NCBI GenBank assembly: GCA_030610995.1
Contig: JAUWQO010000001.1
Coordinates: forward strand, 11,947-75,946
Reading direction: 5' to 3'
From: Desulfobacterales bacterium
Lineage (GTDB): Bacteria > Desulfobacterota > Desulfobacteria > Desulfobacterales > ETH-SRB1
Length of the DNA stretch: 64,000 bases
Positions 20,233-28,334 of the stretch are shown in pieces. Under the pieces are notes generated by a model. The model saw only the letters and a list, made by a program, of their open reading frames with translations, was not told the origin of the DNA and searched no databases. The translations under genes were made by a program, and so were the position numbers. Position 1 is the first letter of the stretch. Each line of letters starts with the position of its first letter.

Positions 20233-21125
20233 ATGAGTCGCATTATTAGATTGTCTGTAACTGTGTGTTGTCTGTTTGCATTGATTGCACTTCCTGTTGC
20301 GTGTGGCGGTGACAAAAAAGAGGAAGTTCCTGCCAAAAAGGCAGAACAGGTACCAAAGGCAGAGGTAGAGCCTGCGCCAGAGGCAGAACAGGTACCAAAG
20401 GCAGAGGTAGAGCCCGCGCCATAGGCAAAACCGAGTCCTGACAAGGTGCTATCAATGCTTAAGGCCGGCAATAAGAGGTTTGTTGAGGGAATACGAATCA
20501 TCCGCACATCAACCTCGGTCGGCTTATTCAATGCGGAAAAGAGAGTCAGAACGATCATGCTTATGCGCCGGTTATTACCTGTTCTGACTCCTGTGTTCCT
20601 GTTGAGCTTATTTTTGACGCAGGCGTCATGGATATTTTCGTCATCAGGGTTGCAGGCAATGTCTGCGATGTGGATGAGATCGGATCGATCGAATACGGTT
20701 TAGCCCATGTGCATACTCCGGTTCTTGTTGTTCTGGGTCACACACAGTGTGGAGCAGTAACCGCTGTAACCCATGCTATTCACGGCACAGGACATGCTCT
20801 GGAACGCAATATTCCGCCTTTGGTTGACAACATAGAGCCGGCTGTGCGTCGTGCTATGAGTAAACATCCTGAACTGCATGGCGATGATATTATTCCTTAT
20901 GCGATCGAAGAAAACGTCTGGCAGGGAATTGAAGACCTTTTCATGAATAGCCCTGCAACCAGAAACCTTGTAAAAAGCGGAACCGCCAAGGTGGTTGGCG
21001 CCATTTATGATGTCAGCACAGGCAAGATTGAGTGGCTGCCCGATGCAAAGGTTGATTACATCCTTAAAACAGTCGAGGCAAATCCAGCCCGTGCGATGGA
21101 AGCCATGGCCTCAGGAGGTCATTAA
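20233..21125 (+). pseudogene. beta-class carbonic anhydrase with lipoprotein-type leader, disrupted
   Basis: Leader with lipobox 'LPVACGG', then an in-frame TAG at 20422-20424. 'LKAGNKRFVEG' follows, and a frame change near 20488-20492 leads into 'GNTNHP...CSDSCVPVELIFDAG..FVIRVAGN...GHTQCGAV'. Confidence 0.8.
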
Positions 21126-21132
21126 AAAAACC

Positions 21133-21290
21133 GTAGCCGTTCACGGCTTGAAACTTGAAATTGGAAAGTAGAAATTTGGGAGAGATTAAATTAGAAACTT
21201 GAAATTGGAAATTGGGAAGAACAGTACAAAAGCATGAAGGCCAAGTTTCCAATTTCCAATTTCCAATTTCAACGTTCTGTGAACGGTTAC
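21133..21290. repeat. family C element, copy 2
   Basis: 'gtagccgttcacggcttgaaacttgaaattgg...ccaatttcaacgttctgtgaacggttac'. The right terminus contains the recJ stop codon. Confidence 0.9.
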
Positions 21291-23026
21291 TGTCCTTTAA
21301 TATCTTCAATAACAATTTGAGCTGTTTTTTTTTCGTTCCAGTGGTTCCAGCGCAGTCTGAACGCAATTTGATCAAAGTTGTCCCGCAGGTTTTTGCTTGT
21401 ATCTACATTAAAATGGATGGCATTAAAGGAGTTGCCTGTTCCGCCTGCGGCGGACTGCTGTAAAAGCATGCGTCTGTGGTTTTTGCCAACGATTTTTGAA
21501 TCCATTACCCTGACATTTTTGGCTATAAAGAGAGGTTCATGGTTGCCTGTGCCAAACGGCTTTAAGGTTTCAAGTTCATTGATCAGCGTATCTGAAATGT
21601 CGTCAAAATTGAGTTCAAAATCGATGGAAATTGTCTGCACGAAATCATCGTGCGTGGTCATCTGTTGAACAGTGTTTTCAAAGTTTTTTTTAAATACATC
21701 CATATTTTCGGCCTTTATTTTAAGACCTGCCGCCATTGAATGGCCGCCAAATGCTTCAAGATGGTCAGAGCATGACATAAGTCCATTATAAATATTAAAT
21801 CCTGGTATGCTTCTGGCAGATCCTTTGCCGACTCCTTCCTTTATTGCGATAAGGACCACAGGCCGAAAGTATTTTTTTACCATCCTGGATGCAACTATAC
21901 CCAGAATTCCTTCATGCCACATGTTATCCAGTTCATTATCTGATATGACCAGCGAACTGTTTTTGAGCACGCGTTGATTGTTTTTTAGATATTCGAAAAT
22001 ATCCTCTATTATCTTTTGTTCAATGTTATGCCTTTTAATGTTCAAGTTGTTAAGTGATTGGGCAAGTTGTCTCGCAGTTTTAAGGTTGTTTGTCGTCATG
22101 AGCTCAACAGCGGCTGAAGCATGCTCGATCCTGCCCGCAGCATTTAACCTGGGCGCCAGCCTGAAGGCTACATCTTCTGTGTCCACAGAATTATTTTTTA
22201 TTCCACTGAATTCCATCAACGTTTTTATGCCGCATCGCTTGCCTGCATTTATTATTTCAAGTCCTGTTTTTACCAATATACGGTTTTCATCGACAAGAGG
22301 GACCATGTCGGCCACGGTTCCAAGAGCTACAAGATCGCAAAGGCTTTTCAGATTTGGTTCAGGCCTGTTTTGCCAGAAATGACTGTCGCGCAGGTGTTTT
22401 CGGAGGCAGATCAGAAGATAGAAAGCCACTCCGACACCGGCAAGGCTGTGAAAATCAGATGAGCAATCATGACGCTTTGGATTTAATACGGCAACGGCAT
22501 GGGATGGTTTGTCGGATATTTCGTGGTGATCTGTAATTATTACATCAATTTCGGAACTCGATGCTGTTTTTACAGCATTGTTGCTGCTTGAGCCGCAGTC
22601 AACGGTGATTATCAGGTTTATTTTGTTTGGTATTGCGTAATCTGTTATATGTTTTGTGTGAAGGCCGTATCCTTCTTTGGTTCTGTGGGGGATATAATAT
22701 GAAACATCTGCTCCTGTATAATGTAAAAACTCGAAAAGGATTGTTGTTGCGGTGATTCCATCAACATCGTAGTCGCCAAAGATTAATATTTTTTCATGAT
22801 CTGTTATGGCTGAATAAATACGCTTTACAGCGGCATCCATATCTTTCATCGAGCATGGAGGCCGCATGTTGTTAAGAGAAGGCCTCAGGAAGCGCAGAGC
22901 ATTATCTTTTGAAATAATTTTACGATTTGCCAGAACAGTTGCTATAACACGATTGCATTGTAACTCCCTGCGGATTTTTTCGACTACATCAATATCCGGT
23001 TGTAAAAGTTGCCACTGTTTTTTCAT
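21287..23026 (-). CDS. recJ: single-stranded-DNA-specific exonuclease RecJ
   Basis: 579 aa. DHH motifs 'IFGDYDVDGITA', 'ITVDCG' and 'DHH', plus DHHA1 'GGHSMAAG'. Confidence 0.95.
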   Translation of the reverse strand: MKKQWQLLQPDIDVVEKIRRELQCNRVIATVLANRKIISKDNALRFLRPSLNNMRPPCSMKDMDAAVKRIYSAITDHEKILIFGDYDVDGITATTILFEFLHYTGADVSYYIPHRTKEGYGLHTKHITDYAIPNKINLIITVDCGSSSNNAVKTASSSEIDVIITDHHEISDKPSHAVAVLNPKRHDCSSDFHSLAGVGVAFYLLICLRKHLRDSHFWQNRPEPNLKSLCDLVALGTVADMVPLVDENRILVKTGLEIINAGKRCGIKTLMEFSGIKNNSVDTEDVAFRLAPRLNAAGRIEHASAAVELMTTNNLKTARQLAQSLNNLNIKRHNIEQKIIEDIFEYLKNNQRVLKNSSLVISDNELDNMWHEGILGIVASRMVKKYFRPVVLIAIKEGVGKGSARSIPGFNIYNGLMSCSDHLEAFGGHSMAAGLKIKAENMDVFKKNFENTVQQMTTHDDFVQTISIDFELNFDDISDTLINELETLKPFGTGNHEPLFIAKNVRVMDSKIVGKNHRRMLLQQSAAGGTGNSFNAIHFNVDTSKNLRDNFDQIAFRLRWNHWNEKKTAQIVIEDIKGQ

Positions 23027-23107
23027 GGGAAGGATTATATATCCGATAGCAATAATTTGAACAAGCCATTAAGACTTTTTTATTGATAAATTAATTCGTA
23101 TGATGGT

Positions 23108-23205
23108 AATTAGTGTCTGAACGAAAACTATCCAAAGCCGTCATTTAAGATTTCTTCCTTTGGTCGAAATGACAAAAAGTGGGGTTTTCGTTCAGGCACT
23201 AATTA
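23108..23205. repeat. inverted-repeat element with 'taattagtgtctgaacgaaaac' termini
   Basis: Terminal inverted repeats at 23108-23129 and 23184-23205. Inner module 'agatttcttcctttggtcgaaatgac'. Same termini as 26855-27015. Confidence 0.85.
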
Positions 23206-23223
23206 ATCTTTTTAAAATGATAA

Positions 23224-23496
23224 TTGTTCTTTAACCCAGCCCATATCGGATTTATTTTGGAAACCATAAGCAAATATTATCGTGTTGATCGCAGAGAAAT
23301 CTGCTTTTTAAGATTTATTTTTGAGGCTTATGACGGCATTGCAATATTAACAACAATCGATCCCAGCTCAGGTCTTGTGGCTTTTCATATTTCTCCTGGA
23401 TGTGAAGAAACTGTTGAGATGATTTTGCAGGATCTTAAAAAAGAGATTATGATCGAACCGGTTGCAAATTTCGAGAAATCAAGGGAGGTGTCATGA
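23224..23496 (+). CDS. DUF4911-like small protein
   Basis: 'REICFLRFIFEAYDGIAILTTIDP' resembles DUF4911, recalled from memory. Start codon uncertain (TTG). Confidence 0.55.
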   Translation: MFFNPAHIGFILETISKYYRVDRREICFLRFIFEAYDGIAILTTIDPSSGLVAFHISPGCEETVEMILQDLKKEIMIEPVANFEKSREVS

Positions 23497-23924
23497 AAAA
23501 AGGATTCTATTTTAGCCTCGTGGTAATAATATCTTTTTGTACGCTTGGAATGGGAGGTATGGGGGAAGGGGGTCGAATAGATGTGCCCGAGCCCGAAGAA
23601 AACTACGCGGTAAATCTTATAGACCAGTCTGACGTGTCAATTGATCTTGAGAAATTTTCCTGTGACGGGCTGACTTATTTTATAGGCAAACTGGGCAGGG
23701 TTGAAATATCTGTTGACTTTGACAAGATAAACTCTGTTTTTTTTCTATTACAGGATAAGGATGTTAAGGCAAAGGTAAATTTAAAAGACGGGAAGGTTAT
23801 CGAGCTTCTCGTGGATAAGACAAAACCCTGCTATGGAGTATCTTCATTTGCAGATATCAGAATAGAGATGCAGGATATAAAAAGGATCACTATTCATGGG
23901 AAGATACCGAAGAAGGTCGAGTAG
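23493..23924 (+). CDS. hypothetical exported protein or lipoprotein
   Basis: 143 aa with a hydrophobic N-terminus ending 'SFCTLG'. Overlaps the upstream gene by 4 nt. The last two codons and the stop lie in a 'gtcgagtag' repeat word. Confidence 0.55.
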   Translation: MKKGFYFSLVVIISFCTLGMGGMGEGGRIDVPEPEENYAVNLIDQSDVSIDLEKFSCDGLTYFIGKLGRVEISVDFDKINSVFFLLQDKDVKAKVNLKDGKVIELLVDKTKPCYGVSSFADIRIEMQDIKRITIHGKIPKKVE

Positions 23925-23964
23925 TCGAGCGGGGAATTGGTCGAGTAGTCGAGTGGGGAATTGG
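23916..23964. repeat. tandem duplication 'gtcgagtagtcgag(c/t)ggggaattg' x2
   Basis: Two adjacent 24-nt units sharing the family-A word. Confidence 0.85.
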
Positions 23965-24028
23965 TTGATTGTCGATTAAAAGGATAGAGCGGAACGATTC
24001 CATCAATCATCAATCAACAATCCAAAGA

Positions 24029-25438
24029 ATGAACACTAAATACTTATATATTAATACTATCGGGTGTCAGATGAATGTTTATGACTCCGAACAGATTTCA
24101 AAAGGATTAAAACCGCTGCAATATAAAATGACTTCATCCCCTGAAATGGCTGACCTGATTATTGTTAATACATGCGCTATCAGGGAAAAGGCGGAGCAGA
24201 AAGTATTCAGCTTTTTAGGCCGCCTTGCGCGCCTTAAAAGAAAAAAACCTGATCTTATTTTAGGCGTTGGCGGATGTGTGGCACAACAGGAAGGGCTTAA
24301 CATACTGAAACGTCTGCCGTATCTTGACCTTGTTTTCGGGACCCATGCCATTGGCCGTCTGCCGGGTATGATCGAACGGATAGAGGCTAAAAAATGCCGT
24401 ATTGTCGACGTTGAAATGCCGGAGGGAATAGATGAATCTGTTTTTAGCGTTGATACAGAGGATAGGGACAGGGTTGCAAGCTTTGTGACTATAATGCAAG
24501 GATGTGATAATTATTGCACATACTGTGTGGTTCCCTTTGTGAGGGGCAGGGAGGCGAGCAGAAACCCCGAGAAAATAGTTGGCGAGATTCGCGGCCTTGT
24601 TGAATCCGGCATAAAAGAGGTTACCCTTCTTGGGCAGAATGTAAACAGTTTTGATAAAAAGGAAGGGCTGTGTTCATTTCCCGAACTTCTTTCTCTTATT
24701 AATAAAATTGACGGTCTTTTAAGAATCAGATTTACCACTTCACACCCAAAGGATCTTTCAGACGATTTAATTTATGCCTTTAAAAACCTTGATAAATTAT
24801 GTAATCATATACATTTGCCTGTACAGTCGGGGTCGGACAGTGTATTAAAAAGGATGAACCGGAAATATTCCAGCGATTATTATCTTGCAAAGGTGGATAA
24901 ACTGCGAAATATTTGTCCTGATATAGCCATTACTTCCGATTTTATTGTAGGTTTTCCAGGGGAGACCGAGGATGATTTTAACGAAACGCTGGACTTGATC
25001 AAAACAGTACAATATGATGATATATTTGCGTTTAAGTATTCCGACCGTCCCAATGTACCCTCAACCCTTTTTCGTCACAAGATATCTGAACAGGACAAGA
25101 AAGACAGGTTGATTGAATTATTGAAATCGCAGGAATATTATACAAAAAAAAGGAATGAAGTTCTGGTGGGATCAACCCAATCAATACTTGTTGAAGGGCT
25201 GAGCAAAAAGCAGGTTAAAACTGATGCAAACAGCGAGAATATCCACCAGAATATCCAATGGACCGGAAGAACATCAACAAACAAAATCGTAAACTTTATT
25301 CCAAACAATGATACTTCTTTCCATGATGAAAATTTTTCAGGCAGGATAATTAATGTAAGGATTGAAAAAGCATTATCCCATTCTCTTCAGGGGATACCGA
25401 CACTGGATTCCCGCTTTCGCGGGAATGACATAATTTAA
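24029..25438 (+). CDS. miaB: tRNA (N6-isopentenyl adenosine(37)-C2)-methylthiotransferase MiaB
   Basis: 'LYINTIGCQMNVYDSE', radical-SAM 'CDNYCTYCVVP', and a TRAM domain. Start set to the ATG at 24029. The last ~10 codons ('DSRFRGNDII') lie in a repeat module. Confidence 0.93.
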   Translation: MNTKYLYINTIGCQMNVYDSEQISKGLKPLQYKMTSSPEMADLIIVNTCAIREKAEQKVFSFLGRLARLKRKKPDLILGVGGCVAQQEGLNILKRLPYLDLVFGTHAIGRLPGMIERIEAKKCRIVDVEMPEGIDESVFSVDTEDRDRVASFVTIMQGCDNYCTYCVVPFVRGREASRNPEKIVGEIRGLVESGIKEVTLLGQNVNSFDKKEGLCSFPELLSLINKIDGLLRIRFTTSHPKDLSDDLIYAFKNLDKLCNHIHLPVQSGSDSVLKRMNRKYSSDYYLAKVDKLRNICPDIAITSDFIVGFPGETEDDFNETLDLIKTVQYDDIFAFKYSDRPNVPSTLFRHKISEQDKKDRLIELLKSQEYYTKKRNEVLVGSTQSILVEGLSKKQVKTDANSENIHQNIQWTGRTSTNKIVNFIPNNDTSFHDENFSGRIINVRIEKALSHSLQGIPTLDSRFRGNDII

Positions 25439-25461
25439 TTTACTGGTTTGAAAGGAGAAAA

Positions 25462-25965
25462 ATGGTTATGCTGCACAGGGTAAGCATAGCAGGCTTGACT
25501 ATGGATCCGACATCAAACACGCCGATTATTATTTTAAAGTCGGAGGAAGATGGCCAGACCATTCCAATATGGATTGGATTACTCGAAGCAACCTCCATAG
25601 CTTCGAGTATGCAGAATATAAAGTTCGATCGTCCCATGACACATGATCTTTTCAAGAATTTTACCGGTATGCTTGATATTGATGTGTCAAAGGTTGAGGT
25701 ATGTGATTTAAAGGATAATACCTTTTATGCCAGAATATATTTTATTTCCAAAGAGAAAAATTTCAGTATGGATGCCCGCCCGAGCGATGCAATAGCCATT
25801 GCTTTGCGGTTTAGCGCTCCTATTTATGTCAACGATGAGGTTATTGCTAAATCAAAGCAGAAAGATGTTAAAGGAGAAGTTATGGACAAAAGTGAAGAAG
25901 GAAAAAAATGGGCGGAATATCTTGAACAACTTTCTTCAGAAGATTTCGGCAAATATAAGGTATAG
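25462..25965 (+). CDS. bifunctional nuclease family protein (DUF151)
   Basis: 'PIIILKSEEDGQTIPIWIG..EA..I' and 'RPMTHDL...ARPSDAIAIALR'. Confidence 0.8.
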   Translation: MVMLHRVSIAGLTMDPTSNTPIIILKSEEDGQTIPIWIGLLEATSIASSMQNIKFDRPMTHDLFKNFTGMLDIDVSKVEVCDLKDNTFYARIYFISKEKNFSMDARPSDAIAIALRFSAPIYVNDEVIAKSKQKDVKGEVMDKSEEGKKWAEYLEQLSSEDFGKYKV

Positions 25966-25970
25966 ATAAC

Positions 25971-26211
25971 AAAAATTGAAAATTGAAGATTGAAGATTGA
26001 AGGTATTCTATTAATTTTAATCCACAGATTACACAGATTACACAGATTTTCGTGAGTTATTGGGTTAAATTCCCCGAAGCTTGCTGCGAGGTAGTTCATT
26101 TAAAATGATAGAGCGAAGCGATTCCACAAATATTCAATATTCAATATTCAATATTCAATATTCAATATTCAATATTCAATATTCAATATTCAATCGACAA
26201 TATTCAATTTT
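25971..26211. repeat. multi-module nested repeat including a 9 x 7-nt 'tattcaa' array (26131-26193)
   Basis: 'ttgaa(r)a' words (25973-26003) face 'tattcaa' x9. Between them are 'cacagatta' words, 'ccccgaagcttgctgcgagg', and 'gatagagcgaagcgattcc'. Confidence 0.9.
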
Positions 26212-26221
26212 ATGACAAATT

Positions 26222-26857
26222 ATGATTGATCTTCATACCCATTCAATTTTTAGCGATGGAGCTTTGATTCCATCCGAGCTTGTCAGGCGCGCTGAATTTG
26301 CGGGGCTAAAAGGAATCGGGATTACCGACCATGGTGATTTGTCCAATCTCGATTTTATAATTCCCAGGATAGTCGCGATAACAGAAGAGCTAAATAGAGT
26401 CGTAAAGATAAAGGTCGTTCCGGGCATAGAAATAACACATGTTCACCCTTCTTTGATAGCGAATAATGCCAGAAAGGCGCGTTCTCTGGGTGCAAAGATC
26501 ATCATCGTTCATGGCGAAACAATTGTCGAACCGGTTGCTGCCGGCACTAACAGGGCTGCTCTGGACGCAGATATCGATATACTTGCGCATCCGGGTCTGA
26601 TTAGCGAAGAAGAAGTTTTAATAGCAAAAGAAAAGGGGATTTTTTTGGAGATATCGGCACGTAAGGGGCATTCTCTAACCAATGGACATGTTGCAAAGCT
26701 TGCCGGTAAAATTGGTGCAAAGCTTGTAATTAATACCGATGCGCATGATCCTGATGATTTGATCGATAAAAGTATGGCGCAACGCATTGTTTGCGGCGCC
26801 GGATTGACTGGGAATGACTTTGAAATAATGCAGGAAAATGCATCTTTTTTTCTATAA
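26222..26857 (+). CDS. PHP-domain phosphoesterase (histidinol-phosphatase-like)
   Basis: 'MIDLHTHSIFSDG', '..ITDH', 'HGE', 'HP' and 'NTDAH', the PHP metal motifs. Confidence 0.8.
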   Translation: MIDLHTHSIFSDGALIPSELVRRAEFAGLKGIGITDHGDLSNLDFIIPRIVAITEELNRVVKIKVVPGIEITHVHPSLIANNARKARSLGAKIIIVHGETIVEPVAAGTNRAALDADIDILAHPGLISEEEVLIAKEKGIFLEISARKGHSLTNGHVAKLAGKIGAKLVINTDAHDPDDLIDKSMAQRIVCGAGLTGNDFEIMQENASFFL

Positions 26858-27015
26858 TTAGTACCTGAACGAAGACCCCTGGTTCCAAGCGGTCATTGCG
26901 AGGAGTGAGGAACGAACGACGAAGCAATCCCCTGATTTTTAACGAGATTGCTTCGGTCGTACCTCCCTCGCAATGACAGGAAGAATGTAATTTAAGGGTT
27001 TTCGTTCAGTCACTA
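26855..27015. repeat. nested inverted-repeat element (termini 'taattagtacctgaacgaagac' / 'gttttcgttcagtcacta'; family-B core)
   Basis: Its first 3 nt are the TAA stop of the PHP gene. Its last 3 nt are the TAG stop of pilD on the other strand. Confidence 0.85.
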
Positions 27016-27804
27016 TCTGAGTAAATTAAAATACCAGGATATCAGACTGGGTCCCCAAAAGATATAGGTGATGGCGCCTGTAGATAGAAACGGGCCAAAC
27101 GGCACGGCGATTTTCATCCCCTTTTTAGTACTCAGCATGATTGTGATTCCAACAAGAGTTCCGACAAGAGATGAAACAAAGATTGTAAAGAGTATACCTT
27201 TCCAGCCAACGATTGTTCCAATCATAGCCATGAGCTTTATGTCTCCGCCTCCCATGCCTTCGGCCTTTTTAATTAGATAATAGATCCATCCAACCAACAG
27301 GAGACTTCCGCCTCCGGCAAGCAGCCCCAGCAGAGATTCCTTGTATGTTATTGACGGGAGGGCAAAGGATGCCAGGAAGCAGACAGGTATGCCGGGAATA
27401 GTTATTAGATCAGGTATGATCTGATGATCAATATCGATAAAGGTTATTACGACCAGAGCTGTAATGAAAGCAAAGTAAACAAGCGCTTCGAGGGTAGGCC
27501 CAAACTTGAGAAATGTACAGAGCGCAAAAACGCCGCTTATAATTTCCACAAGCGGATAACGGAAAGATATTGGCTTATTGCAGTTGCGGCATCGTCCTTT
27601 AAGCCAGAGATAGCTTAAAACAGGAATATTGTCATAGAATCGTATTATACTGCCGCAATTTGGACAGATAGAACGAGGTGGATCAATGATTGATTTTGAA
27701 GCCGGAAGCCTGTATATACATACATTTACAAAGCTTCCTATACACATGCCGAATATGAAAATTATTGTTTGGACCAGGTGGCAAGAGAACATTTTGCTCC
27801 TCAA
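27013..27804 (-). CDS. pilD: prepilin peptidase (A24 family)
   Basis: 263 aa. N-terminal Cys-rich 'CPNCGS...CRNC', multiple transmembrane segments, 'GGGDIKLMA'. Confidence 0.9.
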   Translation of the reverse strand: MRSKMFSCHLVQTIIFIFGMCIGSFVNVCIYRLPASKSIIDPPRSICPNCGSIIRFYDNIPVLSYLWLKGRCRNCNKPISFRYPLVEIISGVFALCTFLKFGPTLEALVYFAFITALVVITFIDIDHQIIPDLITIPGIPVCFLASFALPSITYKESLLGLLAGGGSLLLVGWIYYLIKKAEGMGGGDIKLMAMIGTIVGWKGILFTIFVSSLVGTLVGITIMLSTKKGMKIAVPFGPFLSTGAITYIFWGPSLISWYFNLLR

Positions 27805-27820
27805 TCAAAATTTTAAATAT

Positions 27821-27988
27821 TATAACCTAAGTTGAGCGATTTATTGCGAAGATATGTGCCGAGATCTTGATGCATAAGGGTTTGCGAAAACCACAGGCAT
27901 ACCCGTGGATATGTCGAGGATTTTCGCGAATCCTTGATGCGCAAGAGATTGGTGCAGATCGAGTAAAAAATCGCTTAATTTAGGTATA
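27821..27988. repeat. MITE-like palindromic element ('TATAACCTAAGTTGAGCGATTT' termini)
   Basis: The left terminus faces 'aaatcgcttaatttaggtata'. Central hairpin 'ccacaggcatacccgtgg'. Confidence 0.85.
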
Positions 27989-28096
27989 AGTATGTTTCAT
28001 TGAAAAATCAATATTGATATTGTCAAAGATAAATTATGTTATATAATATAAGTTTGTAATTTCTTAATCAGCAATTCTAATTATGGCTTTTTTCTG

Positions 28097-28215
28097 TCGA
28101 TTTTAAAATAATTTGAAGAGCGGAGCGACATCATTATTCGACGTTGGACGTTGGACGTTGGACGTTGGACGTTGGACGTTCATTTTTTAATATGTTCGAT
28201 GTTCAAAATTAGAAT
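28097..28215. repeat. family D element, right-half copy, with 'gacgttg' x5 array (28140-28180)
   Basis: 'tcgattttaaaataatttgaagagcggagcgacatcattattcgacgttggacgtt...'. The same module occurs at 39845-39935 and, reverse-complemented, at 62701-62790. Confidence 0.9.
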
Positions 28216-28334
28216 CGCTGCTTCTCAAGAAAGTCCTGGTAAATGCTTTGATATACGAATTGTCTGGATTCTCGTAAATAACCCCGAGGTCTTTTGAGAC
28301 GGTTATGAAGGGGAATATATTATAAGGAGAAAAT

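Noticed and set aside
20422-20424. In-frame TAG in the carbonic anhydrase leader as a possible pyrrolysine codon.
   Set aside because: The same gene also has a frameshift and a substituted catalytic residue. No pyl genes are in the window, so pseudogenisation or a separate leader ORF is the simpler reading.
26131-26193. Tandem arrays (also at 28140-28180 and 39887-39935) considered as CRISPR arrays.
   Set aside because: The units are only 7 nt with no spacers, and no cas genes are in the window. These are microsatellite-like arms of hairpin elements.
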